DNA from: Octopus bimaculoides
Lineage: Eukaryota
NCBI RefSeq assembly: GCF_001194135.2
Contig: NC_069005.1
Span: forward strand, 7,464,433 to 7,528,432
Reading direction: 5' to 3'
DNA: 64,000 nt
Notes under the pieces: model-generated
Seen by the model: the letters and a program-made list of their open reading frames with translations, nothing else
What the model was told of the DNA's origin: nothing
Databases searched by the model: none
Position numbers and translations under genes: made by a program
Shown: piece after piece, positions 1 through 13,237 of the stretch
How the letters are laid out: each line of letters begins with the position of its first letter
Numbering within the stretch: position 1 is the first letter of the stretch

Positions 1-315
1 CCAGTCCATCGTAGCGTTACTCAAGAAACAGTGAGAAAGTTGGAGTGAAAGAGTACAACAGGGGTCGCCACCACCCCCTGCCGGAGCTTTGTGGGGCTTA
101 GGCGTTTTCGCTCAATAAACACTCACAACGCCCGGTCTGGGAATCGAAACCGCGATCCTCCAACCGCGAGTCCGCTGCCCTAACCACTGGGCCATTGTGC
201 CTCCATGCAAGCTTGGAACGGTGGACGTTAAATGATGATGATGATTATTAACAAGCAATGAATGCTTGTGATGGTTAGGCATTCACAGCTCACAATGGTA
301 TCTCAGACGAGATAC

Positions 316-430
316 CTTGCAGGATTAGCTATATTCCAAGTCCAAATCCCTGCCAGAAGAAGAGGAATTCCAGGTGAGAGAGGTGTGCTTTTCATAATTG
401 GAACAAAACCTGTAATCTTAAGAAATCTTC
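316..430 (-). CDS. Unidentified candidate exon
   Basis: Acceptor gttattttcag, donor AAG|GTATCT; 115 nt; open only as phase 1 to 2: (G)RFLKITGFVPIMKSTPLSPGIPLLLAGIWTWNIANPA(R). Unique sequence between microsatellites; no family recognised with confidence. Confidence 0.25.
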
Positions 431-794
431 CTGAAAATAACTGACATTTTTGATTGACAGCTAGGTATGTGTGTCTTTGTACTTTAGACGTATAGTGTAT
501 ATATATATAGTGTATATATATAGTGTATATATATGCATCAAACAGTGTATGTATATTAGCTGTGCAGTGTGTATTGTGATACTTATATATAGTCACTATG
601 TATATTAGTTGTACAGCAAGTTTGTTGTGTTAGCTATCAGTGTATGTGTGTGTGTGTATTTGAGGTATTGTATTCTAGTTGCTAGTGTGAGTATGTATGT
701 TATTTACCTCATGGCAATTTGATAAACATTTCCCTATCTGGAAAGATTCAAGAGAAGCTAGCTGTCTGACAGTGTGCAGAAAATACACATGTAT

Positions 795-840
<46 letters not shown>

Positions 841-869
841 ATGCAAGCATTATGTATATGTGTGTGAAT

Positions 870-901
<32 letters not shown>

Positions 902-1046
902 CTATGCATCACAGCAGCTAAGCTGCTTTTTCAGCTGCCAGTCAAATGCAACCACTGCATTGCAAGCAATTTAATAGTAATTATTCCTGATATAGGCACA
1001 AGGCCAACAATTTTGAGGGGAGGGGCCAGAAGTTAATTACATCCTT

Positions 1047-1102
<56 letters not shown>

Positions 1103-2239
1103 TACACACACACACATATATATACACACACATGTGCAGACAGACACGTATATATACATACATACATATTTACATATGAGTGTGTGTTGAAGTACATGTA
1201 TGTTTGTGTGAGGGTGAAGGTTTGTGTCTCCAGATCTTGGACATTGTGTGATAGTTTAAACAATTGTTACTGTCATAGAAGCAGTGTCATTCAAAATATT
1301 ACATTGCCTGGAAACAAGTGAAGTAAAGGTTGGTGACAGGAAAGGCACCCAATCATAGAAAATCCAACCCCCAAAATTCTGTCCGACCCATGCAAGCATG
1401 GAAAAGGCAACGTTGAAATGGCGAAGATGATACATTTATTTCAGCTCTTTATATCCTCAGTTCAATCCTGCCATGGTCAACTTTACTTTTCATTCTTTCA
1501 GGTTTTATAATATATAAACCCCAGTCAAGTAGTGGGGTTAATTCAGTCAGCTGAAACAGACATTGAAGCATGATGCAGTCCTCCATCTCAGCATGGAACA
1601 TGGATGTTAAATGATGATGCTGATGATATGTATATGTGTACACACTTAAACACACACACATTAAATGTATATTCTTTTATTCTTTTAGTTGTTTCAGTCA
1701 TTTGACTGCGGCCATGCTGGAGCACTGCCTTTAGTCAAGCAAATCGACTCCAGGACTTTTTCTTTGTAAGCCTAGTACTTATTCTATTGATTTCCTTTCC
1801 TGAACTGCTAAGTTACAGGGACGTAAACACACCAGCATCAATTGTCATGCGATGTTGGGAGGGGGGGGGGACAAACATATACACACGACAGGCTTCTTTC
1901 AGTTTCCATCTACCAAATCCACTCACAAGGCTTTGGTTGGCCCAAGGCTACAATGGAAGACACTTGCCCAAGGTGCCACGCAGTGGGACTGAACCCAGAA
2001 CCATGTGGTTGGTAAGCAAGCTACTTACCACACAGCTACTATACAGGATGTTTGGGCTAAAGTTAACAATTTTTTTTATACCTTCTAATTTTTCAAAAAC
2101 AGCTTGATGTATTGGTGAACAGTGAACAGCGTTGGAGAGCATAAAGACTACAGTTGTAGTTGAGAAGAAGTTACGCTGACATGGAGGACTGGAAGCCACT
2201 TAAATAATGGCCAAAGAATTACTTATAGTATTATGATGA

Positions 2240-2680
2240 TTTGCACTGGGAATCAAAACACTGACACCATGACTGCTGCTCAATGCTCCGTCAATCCTGT
2301 AAAGGCTGTAAGATGTGACATGGAGAGCTACAATGGAGACTACAAAGAAGCTGTGGCCAACAGGAAGGGACACAGCAGGTGCTCTGACTACATTGGCATA
2401 TCTGTAAACAGGGCCTTAGGCTCAATTCAGATGGCAACATGAAGCTGCTGGAGACTGATCAATCTCAAGCTGAGGAGAGTTGCTGCTGGAAGGCCGCATG
2501 TGTGGCAGCAGGATTCGACTCCTTGTCATACCTACAGGAAGAGTCAGAAGTGGTTGTCAGTGAATTTCTGTGATTCCACCAGCTCCAATTCCTGGCCTCC
2601 TAATTCTCCCAATTGTAATCCAATGGATTACTATGTGCAAGGCATGGTTGAGAAAGACATCAACTGTCCTGCCTGTTGAC
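2240..2680 (+). pseudogene. Degenerate Tc1/mariner (DD37D, maT-type) transposase remnant
   Basis: VWQQDSTPCHTYRKSQKWL...WPPNSPNCNPMDYYV with 37 residues between the last two Asp; frameshifted upstream. Confidence 0.75.
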
Positions 2681-2890
2681 GAAAACCAAGTATAGAGGTT
2701 TATTTTTGGCTAAATGCTTCTCTTGCAGTTGCTATACCGGCAAAATATCATCAATAGTGCTTCTCCCGGGCACAAAACCAAACTGCATCTCATCTAAGCT
2801 AACTCTCTTCCTAATTAGTAGAACTATGACCCTCTCTGTAATTATTTCTGTCTAAGGTGTCACCTCTAACCTTGTAGCAGTTGACTATAA
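2675..2890 (-). mobile_element. RTE-clade LINE reverse transcriptase fragment
   Basis: LDEMQFGFVPGRSTIDDILPV*QLQEKHLAKNKPLYLVFV, a typical RT domain 2-3 segment with a stop. Confidence 0.75.
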
Positions 2891-4245
2891 TGCTGCTACA
2901 CCAGTTGTTAGAGAGAGAGAGAGAGAGAGAAAGAAAGAGAGAGGGGGAGGGAGGGAGATGTAGATAGATAGATAATATAAGGCAGAAGAAAGTCTTGATT
3001 TCAAACCAATTCAGACGAAATAAAGAATAAAAATAATCCATTGTGTTGGAGAGGATAAGTGTTGTGTGTGTGTGTGTGTGAGAGAGAGAAAGAGAGAGAG
3101 AGAAAGAGAGTGTAGCTAATATCACATATTGCCGGCAGCCAAACTATAAACATTATATTGGAAGACATGATTACATCTGAGTTTAATTAACGTTGATTTG
3201 AAAGGTGCTGGTGTGGCTCTCTGGTGAAACGGCTGCTTCCCAACCACAAGATTCTGTGTTATGTCCAACTGCGTGTCACAGTGGGCAGGTGTCTTCTACT
3301 ATGGCCTCAGGTTGACCAAAACCTTATGAGTGGACTTTGTGAAGGGGGGGCAACAAAATCCATCTGACCCAGGAAAGCATGGAAAAGTGGACATTAATGG
3401 GTGATGATTATATATATATATATATACACACACATACACACATGCAATAATAATAATCGTTTCTACTAAAGGCACAAGGCCTGAAATTTTGGGGGAGGGG
3501 ACTAGTCTATTACATTGACTCCAGTGTTTCACTTGTGCTTAATTTATTGACCCTGAAAAGATGAAAGGCAAAGTCAACCATGGTGGAATTTGAACTCAGA
3601 ACATGAAGATGAACAAAAGACCACTATGTATTTTGCTCAGCAAACAAACGATAACGGTAATACTAATTCCTTTATTCTTTTACTTGTTTAAGTCACTTGA
3701 GTGCGGCCATGCTGGAGCACCGCCCTTAGTTGAACAAATCGACCCCAGGACTTAACTTATTTTTGTAAGCCTAGTACTTATTCTACCGGTCTCTTTTGTC
3801 AAACTGATAAGTTATGGGGACGTAAACACACTAACACCGGTTGTCAAGCAATAGTAGGGAGACAAACACAGACACACACATATACATATATATATATGAC
3901 GGGCTTCTTTCAGTTTCCATCTACCAGATCCACTTACAAGGCTTTGGTCGGCCCGAAGCTATAGCAGAAGACACATGCCCAAGGTTCTGCCATCTCACCG
4001 CTTTCACAATGATAATAATAATCCTTTCTACTATAGGTACAAGGCCTGAAATTTGGGGGAAGGGGACTAGTCAATTACTAGACCCCAGTGTTTCACTGGT
4101 ACTTACTTTATCGACCCCCAAAAGGATAAAAGGCAAAGTCGACACTGATGGAATTTGAACTCGGAATGTAGTGACATGTGAAATACTGCTTAGAATTTCA
4201 TCCAGAGTGCTAACGATTCTGCCAGCTCACCACCTTAATGATGAC

Positions 4246-4290
<45 letters not shown>

Positions 4291-4729
4291 CATTTCCGCT
4301 ATAGGCACAAGGCCTGGAATTTTTGGCAAAGAGTTTAAGTTGATTACATTGACCCAGTAGTTAACTGGTACTTATTTTGTTGACCTCAAAAGGATGAAAG
4401 GCAAAGTCGACCTCGGTGGAATTTGAACTCAGAACATAACGGTAGACGAAATACCACTAAGCATTTTGTCAGCCATGCTAGCAAATCTGCCACCTCACCG
4501 CCTTAATAATAATAATCCTTTCTACTCTGGGCACAAGGCCTGAAATTTGGTGGGAGGGGACTAGTCAATTACATTAACCCCCAGTATTTCAATGGTACTT
4601 AATTTATCAACACCAAAAGGATGAAAGGCAAAGCTGACCTTGGCGGAATTTGAACTCAGAACATAGAGACCGATGAAATGCGGCTAAGCGTTTCGCTTGG
4701 TGTGCTAACAATTCTGCCAGCTCACCTCC

Positions 4730-4788
<59 letters not shown>

Positions 4789-4988
4789 CCTTTCTACTAT
4801 AGGCACAAGGCCTGGATTTTTGTGGGGAGAGGACCTCCAGTAGTTGACTGGTACCTAATTTATTGACCCCGAAAGGATGAAAGGCAAAGTCAACCTCGGC
4901 GGAATTTGAACTCAGAACGTAACGGCAGACGAAATACCGTTAAGCATTTCGCCCGGCATGCTAACAATTCTGCCAGCTCGCCATCTTC

Positions 4989-5026
<38 letters not shown>

Positions 5027-6660
5027 CCCTTTCTATTATATAGGCTCCTCACCACCTTAATGATAATAATAATGATAATAACAATAATAATAATGATTCC
5101 TTTTATTTGCCACCAATAAGGAGATTAGAATATTATAAAAATCTGATAAGGCAATTGAGTGCTAAAATATAGAGAAAAAGAGCAAGACTGAAAGGCAAGT
5201 GGGGAGAGAAGGAAACAAATAATAATAATAATAATAATAATAGAGAGAGAGAGAGAGAGAGAGAGAGTGAGTGAGTGTATTTAGTGCGGCGGGGGAAATA
5301 AAATTGCAGATCCAACAAGGTAACCAAAGCGCTAAAAATCTATAGCTGGCTAGATGTAACTTCCAGATCAATAGATTGGAATAGTCTGAAGCAAGCGTTG
5401 GAGTGGCTGCTGATTAGAGAAAGACATGGAAAAAGAAGAAGAAGAAGGGAGAACAACAGAATTACTGGCACAGAATTTATTGGCAATAACGAGACATGTG
5501 TGTGTGTGTGTGTGTGTACATGTATATGGATTTATATAAACTGGCTCAAACACAAGATCTTAAAGATAGCGTGCATGGCATTGAAACTGGGATGTAAAGA
5601 GTGATTAATTATTGATGGTGTGTGTGTATGTATATATATACATATATATATANNNNNNNNNNNNNNNNNNNNNNNNNNNNNNNNNNNNNNNNNNNNNNNN
5701 NNNNNNNNNNNNNNNNNNNNNNNNNNNNNNNNNNNNNNNNNNNNNNNNNNNNNNNNNNNNNNNNNNNNNNNNNNNNNNNNNNNNNNNNNNNNNNNNNNNN
5801 NNNNNNNNNNNNNNNNNNNNNNNNNNNNNNNNNNNNNNNNNNNNNNNNNNNNNNNNNNNNNNNNNNNNNNNNNNNNNNNNNNNNNNNNNNNNNNNNNNNN
5901 NNNNNNNNNNNNNNNNNNNNNNNNNNNNNNNNNNNNNNNNNNNNNNAAGAACTCTCTCAAAATGCTAAACGTCTCCATATTTTTTGCCAACATTCCCCCT
6001 TTTCTATCTCTGAATGCGCAACCTGCCATAGCTGTTGCATTTTTGACATTTTTTGGTAACTTTTGTGCTTTGAACTTATTAGATGTTTGCCAAAGAAAAT
6101 TTGTCATAAAATAAATTTTTACAGGAGAACGTGTGTATGTATGCTTCTGTATGTATTTTTTTTTCTTTCTTTTATTATTTTCAGCCATTTGACTGCGGTC
6201 ATGCTAGAGCACCACCTTTCAGTCAAAGAAATCAACCCCAGGACTTATTCTTTGTAAGCCTCGTATTTATTCTAGCAGTCTCCTTTGCGAAACTGCTAAG
6301 TGATGGGGACGTAAACACACCAACATCAGTTGTCAAGCAATGGGGGAGGATCTATAAATACATATAAATATATACATATATTTACAACAGGCTTCTTTCA
6401 GTTTCCATCTACCAAATCCACTCACAAAGCTTTGGTCGGCCTGAGAATGAAGAAGACACATGCCCAAGGTGCCATGCAGTGGGACTGAACCCGGAACCAT
6501 GTGGTTGGGAAGCGAACGTCTTACCACATGGCCACACCTGCACCTTAGACTTACACATGATTCACCTGCATCGATTAGTAACCTTACTATAAAACCATTG
6601 CTGTTTCTTCAGGGTCTTCACTTTAATTATCCTTTGATTTAACTGTTTAAAGTTTTATAT

Positions 6661-6727
<67 letters not shown>

Positions 6728-7385
6728 TACATATATACATACATATATATACACACATAGATACATATAGAAACACATAACTACACATATTTGAATAGAT
6801 ATAGTTATATGTTCCTATGTATATCTATATGTAGCTCTCTCTTTATATATGTGTAGATATATATATATATATATATATAGGTCAAACCTAATTATTTTTA
6901 TCTGCATCACTATCTCTCTTTCTCTGTATGCATATGTGTATGTGTGCGTGCATGTGTGTGTGTGTATGCATGTGTGTAGGTGTGTGATTATGTGTGCATG
7001 TCTGTGTGTGTATATGTGTCTCCCTGGTTCCATGTAATATGTCTGTGTCTGGCTGTAAACAACTTTAGGAACGATTAGCAGCAGATCATTGTTTGATTGG
7101 TTGGAAAGATTGAGATAAGCCTGGTTACGCTCAGTGACTTCTGTTTCATTGATGAATGCCACAGTCTCTTCAGATCTGGTTCTAGATACGCACACAAGAA
7201 AAGGAAGGAAATTGAGAAAGAACGAGAATTCTGATAATTAAGATATCATATTCTCTGGAAGCTGGTGATTTCACTCTGTCGGTTAATCATTATGTTGTTG
7301 CTAGATACAAACTAGCAAGAAACTTATCAGCTTTGAGTGAATTAATGAAATCTATGTGGACTGACTATTTTCTCTCCAAATGTGT

Positions 7386-7424
<39 letters not shown>

Positions 7425-8709
7425 AGTGCTGGTGTCACGAAAAATGCACCTGTGCCAGAGCTATGTAAAAAAGCACTGGTGCTGGTACCACGTAAAAAGC
7501 ACCCAGTACACTCTGTAAAGTGGTTGGTATTAGGAAAGGCATCCAGCTGTAGAAACCAAGCCAAAACACACAACTCAAACCTGGTGCAGCTCTCCAGCTT
7601 ACCAGCTCCATTCAAACCGTCCAACTCATCCCAGCATGGAAAACGGATGTTAAGTGATAATGATGATGCTATTACACACACACACACACACATGACGGGC
7701 TATTTTCAGTTTCCATCTACCAAATCTACTCACAAGGCTTTGGTTGGCCTGAGGCTTTATTAGACACTTGCCCAAGGTGCCACATCATGGGACTGAACCT
7801 AGACCCATGTGGTTGGGAAGCAAGCTTCTTACCACACAGCCACACCTGCTCTATGTAGACTGATAACCAATTCCGAATGAGAAGCTTACTGTGTCAGTTA
7901 CATGATTCACTGAATCCATATGTTATACCTTTTCAAATATACATTTATATATATATATATATATATGTATGTGCATATGTGTGTGTGTAAGACATAGAAA
8001 GGTCAGTTAGTTTTGAAAAATAGCTCACATTACTCACATGATATTAGGTGAAACAAACGGAGAGAAATAAATATCTTCTAAAATAAAGGCAGGGATATAA
8101 AGAGGAAAATTTAAGCATTTGCTTACAATCACAAAATTTACCACCCACCAAAAAAAACAAACCAGAAAACAAAAACACACACAAAACAAATTATATATAT
8201 TAGTTCAAAAGTGGAATATATATTATTTGTTTGTTGCCTAAAACAAAGAATCCTGCCCACAAGATTTGATTTTTTTGTTTTTTATTCCTTGCACTAAATC
8301 ACTGTATTCTATTTTTTAACTGGTTTGTACTTTTGTACACTGATACAGCCATGTGCCTGTGAAGGTGTACGGATCAGTAGTTAGAGCATAGGACTCACAA
8401 TCATGATGTAGTGAGTTCGATTCCTGGACTGGGCTGCGTGTTGTGTTCTTGAGCAAGACACTTTATTTCATGTTGCTCCAGTTCACTCAGTTGTAGAAAT
8501 GATTTGTGACATCACTGGTGCCAAGCTGTATCGACCTTTGCCTCTCCCTTGGATGACATCGATGATGTAGAGAGGGTCTGCTAGTCTGCCATAAATAACC
8601 TTGCCCAGACTTGTGCCTTGGAGGGGAATTTTCTAGGTGAAATCCCATAGTCGTTCATGACCAAAAGGGGTCTTTACTCTTTACTCGTATACATAATTGA
8701 GACGTGGGC

Positions 8710-9060
8710 TACTATGAAGAATGAAGAACATCAATTGGCTACAACCCCAAAGGGGCCACGGAAAGACCCATGCTGGGAATATCATAGTTAGAACATATCC
8801 TTAATGAAGCAATTCAAGAACGGAGTGGAGTGAACAGAATACTGGAAATTCCACTAAGCTGGACATGTTGTGAGGGTCACAGACAACAAGTGAACCCATG
8901 CAGTTGCCAAGTGGCATCCAAGAAATTAGAAAAATCCATTTGGAAGGCCCCTATGATGTAGTGGTGATGATTTAGTTAAATGATTTTGACCAAGATGGAA
9001 AAGAATGGTGCAGCCCAAAAGGAATTAGAAGTGCATTGTGACTAGTGGTGTATAACAACA
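8710..9060 (+). mobile_element. RTE LINE C-terminal ORF remnant
   Basis: Frameshifted ETWATMKNEEHQLATT...AGHVVRVTDNK*THAVAKWHPRN*KNPFGRP resembles the RTE post-RT region. Confidence 0.55.
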
Positions 9061-10608
9061 TTCGATTGGTCAGTACAGTGATATTCTAATGCAGACTATT
9101 ATGAGACTAATCTCCTTAAGCACCCATGTGGTAAAAGTGCCTGTGTAATGCCATGTAAAAGCATCCAGCAAACATTGTAAAGTGGTTGGCATTAGGAAGG
9201 GCATCCAACCATAGAAATCATGCCAAATCAGACGGGTCTGGTGGAGCTCCCCAGCTTGCCAGCTCTGGTCAAACCATCCAACCCATGCCAGCATAGACAA
9301 TGGATGTTAAATGATGATGATGTTGACCTATGCTAGTTTTGCCTGCTTTCCGTTAACCCTGCCCCACTCTAATGTTTCCACAACTAAAAACTACAAAATA
9401 ATGCACTTACCAAGAGCTTCATCACATGTACCCTGACACCGACAAATTGCTGACTACACAAGGGAATGGAATAACTGACAAAGAAAGACCCCCTTGAACA
9501 TTCAAGAGGGGCACTGTTACTGTAGAAACTTCCCCTCTCACAATCTCTACCACTGTATGTACAACAACCTCCAAACACCGAGATGTCACCAACAGCCCAG
9601 AATACAACTGCACCCCAGAACATTAATGCAGGTCACATGGCCGTGTCGTTATGATGTTTGCTTCACGATTGCATATTTCCGTGTTTGATTCTACCGTGTG
9701 ACATCTTGGACAAGGGTCTACAACCATAGCTTAGGGTTGGCTGAAGACCCGCAAATGAAATTGGGGAAGCTCGTTGGACTGTATCTTTCCTTAGGTGGAA
9801 CACTTTACCTGTCACTTGATTTAACACCACCACCAACCAAGCCCTTCCTTGGAATACCTTTGATTAGAGTTGACTTCAAACTCAACAAGTATCTAAGGTG
9901 TGCCCTTGAGACAGCCACTACATCAGGTAAGGGCAACCGCTTTTGAGAAGCAGGCTGCATGAGAGATGTCTCATGAGAAGTGGGCTGCATGAAACATCTC
10001 ACCATCAAATGGGTTGCACTACTGAANNNNNNNNNNNNNNNNNNNNNNNNNNNNNNNNNNNNNNNNNNNNNNNNNNNNNNNNNNNNNNNNNNNNNNNNNN
10101 NNNNNNNNNNNNNNNNNNNNNNNNNNNNNNNNNNNNNNNNNNNNNNNNNNNNNNNNNNNNNNNNNNNNNNNNNNNNNNNNNNNNNNNNNNNNNTCTACAT
10201 CACCATTTAATCCGTTACAAATAGACACACATGGATTCCAAAACACATCTTCGACCAGACTCCTGTTCAGGAGGAGGAGAAAGGAGCTGATTGTTCTTAT
10301 TTCTTTATTGCCTACAAGGGACTAAACATAGAGGGGACAAACAAGGGCAAAGGGATTAAGTCGATTACATCGACCCCAGTGTGTAACTGGTACTTATTTA
10401 ATTGACCCCAAAAGGATGAAAGGCAAAGTCGACCTTGGCGGAATTTGAACTCAGAACATAACGACAGACGAAATAAGCCTAAGCATTTCGCCCGGTGTGC
10501 TAACGATTCTGCCAGCTCGCCGCCTTATCCTAAAAGGAGCTGATTGTTCTCAGACAGGAGGAAGTAGACAAACAAAGAGAGAAAAGAAACAAAAGTTTGG
10601 TATCTCAC

Positions 10609-10644
10609 CCTGGCACTCTGCTACTGGCTCCATGTAAGTCAACC
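10609..10644 (-). CDS. Candidate 36-nt symmetric microexon (I-2-like gene intron 1)
   Basis: Branch-like TACTAA about 26-31 nt upstream, tract ttctgtttctctctcactccacag, donor AGG|GTGAGA. Phase 2 reads VDLHGASSRVP; phase 1 reads LTYMEPVAECQ. Confidence 0.4.
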
Positions 10645-11460
10645 CTGTGGAGTGAGAGAGAAACAGAATTTAGTACGACTTTAAGTAGGGTAAGACAGCT
10701 GAATTAAATCTACCATGAAACATGGTGCTTGTGTAGGCTTTGGGACGGACAGAGAACCCGTGATTGACACATTAGAAACCAGTAACCAATGATATGAAAA
10801 TGATGTGAACACAAAATATGAAAATAAATTCAGCTTCCTTATCAACTCTGCTCCATTTTCTTTCAGTGAAACAGCAGAATTGGTAGAACAGCAGCAGACA
10901 AAATTGTGTTTGGTATTTAGTAGCTTCCATTTTTTCCCCTTCAATTCAGATTTCACTTTTCACCAAGGTTGTCCTTCTGGTGTTGATAAAATAAAATAGC
11001 AAATGCCTGTAATCGAGTGCTAAACCTGCACAACCCACCAAAATAACATGTGGTCTGGAACAAAAAGAACAAAAAGCAAGATGTCATCCCCAACATCATT
11101 TTAATGCTCACTTTTCCCATGCTGGTTATTTGGAACAGAAATAAAGATGAACTTTTTGATGGAAGGTTTCAATTTGGGCTGCTTTAAAACAGGGAATTTG
11201 TGTCAAAGGACCAGCGTTGGTATTGGATGTGGTAGTATCAAAAGGGATAAAATGTTAGCAATTAATTATTGGTATGAAATTGTTTTGGAATCAATACTAA
11301 TACAAGCACATGGGTGGGTGGTAAGAAGCTTGCTTCCCAACCACATGGTCCTAGGTTCAGTCCCACTATGTGACACCCTGGCCAAGTGTCTTCTACTATG
11401 GCCTTGGGCTGACAAAAGCTTTAGGAGTGGATTTGGTAGAAGGAAACTGAAAGAAGCCCA

Positions 11461-11501
<41 letters not shown>

Positions 11502-12097
11502 AGTGTGTATGTGTTTGTTGCCACCCCCACCGCTTGATAACCAGTGTTGGTTTGTTTATGTTCCCATACCCTAGCGGTTCAGCAGAAGAGACCAAAAGAA
11601 TAAGTACAAGGCTTTAAAAAAAAAAGGACTGGAGTCAATTCATTCAACTGAAAATTTCTTGAAGGCAGTGCCCCAGCATGGCTGCAGCTTAATGACTAAA
11701 ACAAGTGGGAGAAGAAAAAAAAAAGGGGTTGGGGTAAGGGCTTGGAAATAGATTGTCCAGAATGGGATTGGCACTTGTTTAAAGAACAGAGATAAAAACC
11801 GGGTATTGAATTTCAGATTTTCTAAATTGATCCCCCCATTATACAGACATAATGAAGGGATTAGTAACTAAACTTAGACTGCATAAACAAACTTGACACT
11901 CGTACCAACTAAGATAATGGAATTTTAGTCTCACTTTCTTCATTTAAACAAAGACTATTTAAGTCTGCCAACTAAGTCTAAACAGAAGGATTTATTGGCG
12001 TGAGTAGGAGTTTCCATGGTGGAATTTTTTCATTCGTTTGATTAATTTCATTGTTCGAGAGACTTGTTTTATATTTAAAACTCGAAAAATAATTTAA

Positions 12098-12874
12098 CTC
12101 TTTAGCATTCAGATTGCTCAGTCAAATGTAATTCTTATTTATTCACGTTGATTTGAATTAATCATGCATTGTCTTGTAGCTTTGAGATTTCAATGATGTG
12201 GTGGGCCTCACGGAGGCAATAACCAAGACCTTTGGCATTATGTCGTGCTTGAGAAGAAGACCCATCAAGCCGAGCAAAATTGCAGTTGTGGCAGATACTG
12301 GTGTCACGCAAATTGGCACCCATGACGGTGGCGCATAAATGCACCCTGGTGTTATGCAAATGGCACCCTTGCCGGTGGCATGTAAAAGCACCCATTACAC
12401 TCTGAGTGGTTGGCATTAGGAAGGGCATCCAGCTGTAGAAACCCATGCCAAATCAGACTGGAGTCTGGTGCAGCCTTCCAGCGTGTCAGCCCAGTCAAAC
12501 CGTCCAACCCATGCTAGCATGGACAACAGACATTAGATGATGATGATGTGGTTGTTTATTTTTAGAATGTCATTGTAGGGTAGGTGTGAGAGGCCAGATC
12601 TGATCAGTTTGAACATGAAACAAGTAGAATATTTAAGCCAGACATGGCTGATTTAACCCTTTAGCATTCAGATTATTTTGTCAAATGTAATTCTTATTTA
12701 TTCGCATTGTTTTGAATTAATCATGCATTATTTTAGCTTTGATATTTCAAAGATGTGATTGTTTATTTTTACAACAACATTGTAGGGTAGGTATGAGAGG
12801 CAGGATCTGGCTGGTTTGAACATAAAACAGGCATGATGTTCGGGCAGGAAACAGCTAGTTTAAATGTGAAAGGT
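12098..12874. mobile_element. piggyBac-type (TTAA) MITE family 1; further copies 22190-22545, 22841-23478, 26992-27212
   Basis: TTAA-CCCTTTAGCATT...AATGCTAAAGGG-TTAA termini; copies at 12098 and 22841 are interrupted by RTE-tail elements. Confidence 0.7.
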
Positions 12875-13237
12875 TTAAAAGATTGGACTTGTCTATATAA
12901 CAAAAACAAATGGCGGAGAGAAAAAAAAGTCAGTCACATAGATCTAATATCTGAAGACAGACACATGGCGAGGTAGTTTACAAGAGTTTAGAGAAGGAAA
13001 TAGAAAGAAAACAAATGATGGAGTGAAAAAAGAAGGAAGAGGATAAAAACTGAACAGCAACATGGTAAACAGGATAAAAAGTAAAAGTATGGTATATCCG
13101 ATTGTGTTATGTTGCTGAATTTAGTGGCTATTTAAGCAGTGTGTTTGTGGATGGTTAATGGGTTGTATGTAGTACTGAAGAAGGAGCAAGAACTCCTCAA
13201 ATATGTATATACACCCACCATCAACTGCATTGCTTAC

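Noticed and set aside
316-430. Calling this exon an aquaporin
   Set aside because: The conserved Gly after Thr is Trp and no other MIP exon is visible; kept only as a low-interest lead.
262-444. Collagen-like GIPGERG on the + strand
   Set aside because: Only two Gly-X-Y triplets, a weak acceptor and no neighbouring collagen exons.
5300-5410. Strong minus-strand acceptor after a (CTT)n tract
   Set aside because: The pyrimidine tract is a microsatellite and no convincing donor follows.
6588-6620. 33-nt phase-2 microexon EDPEETAMVL (minus)
   Set aside because: Donor is good but the AAG acceptor has no pyrimidine tract; a competing 11-nt candidate lies only about 25 nt away.
6815-7195. 126-aa minus ORF with a unique N-terminal half
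   Set aside because: No usable donor, no recognisable homology, and the C-terminal half is microsatellite.
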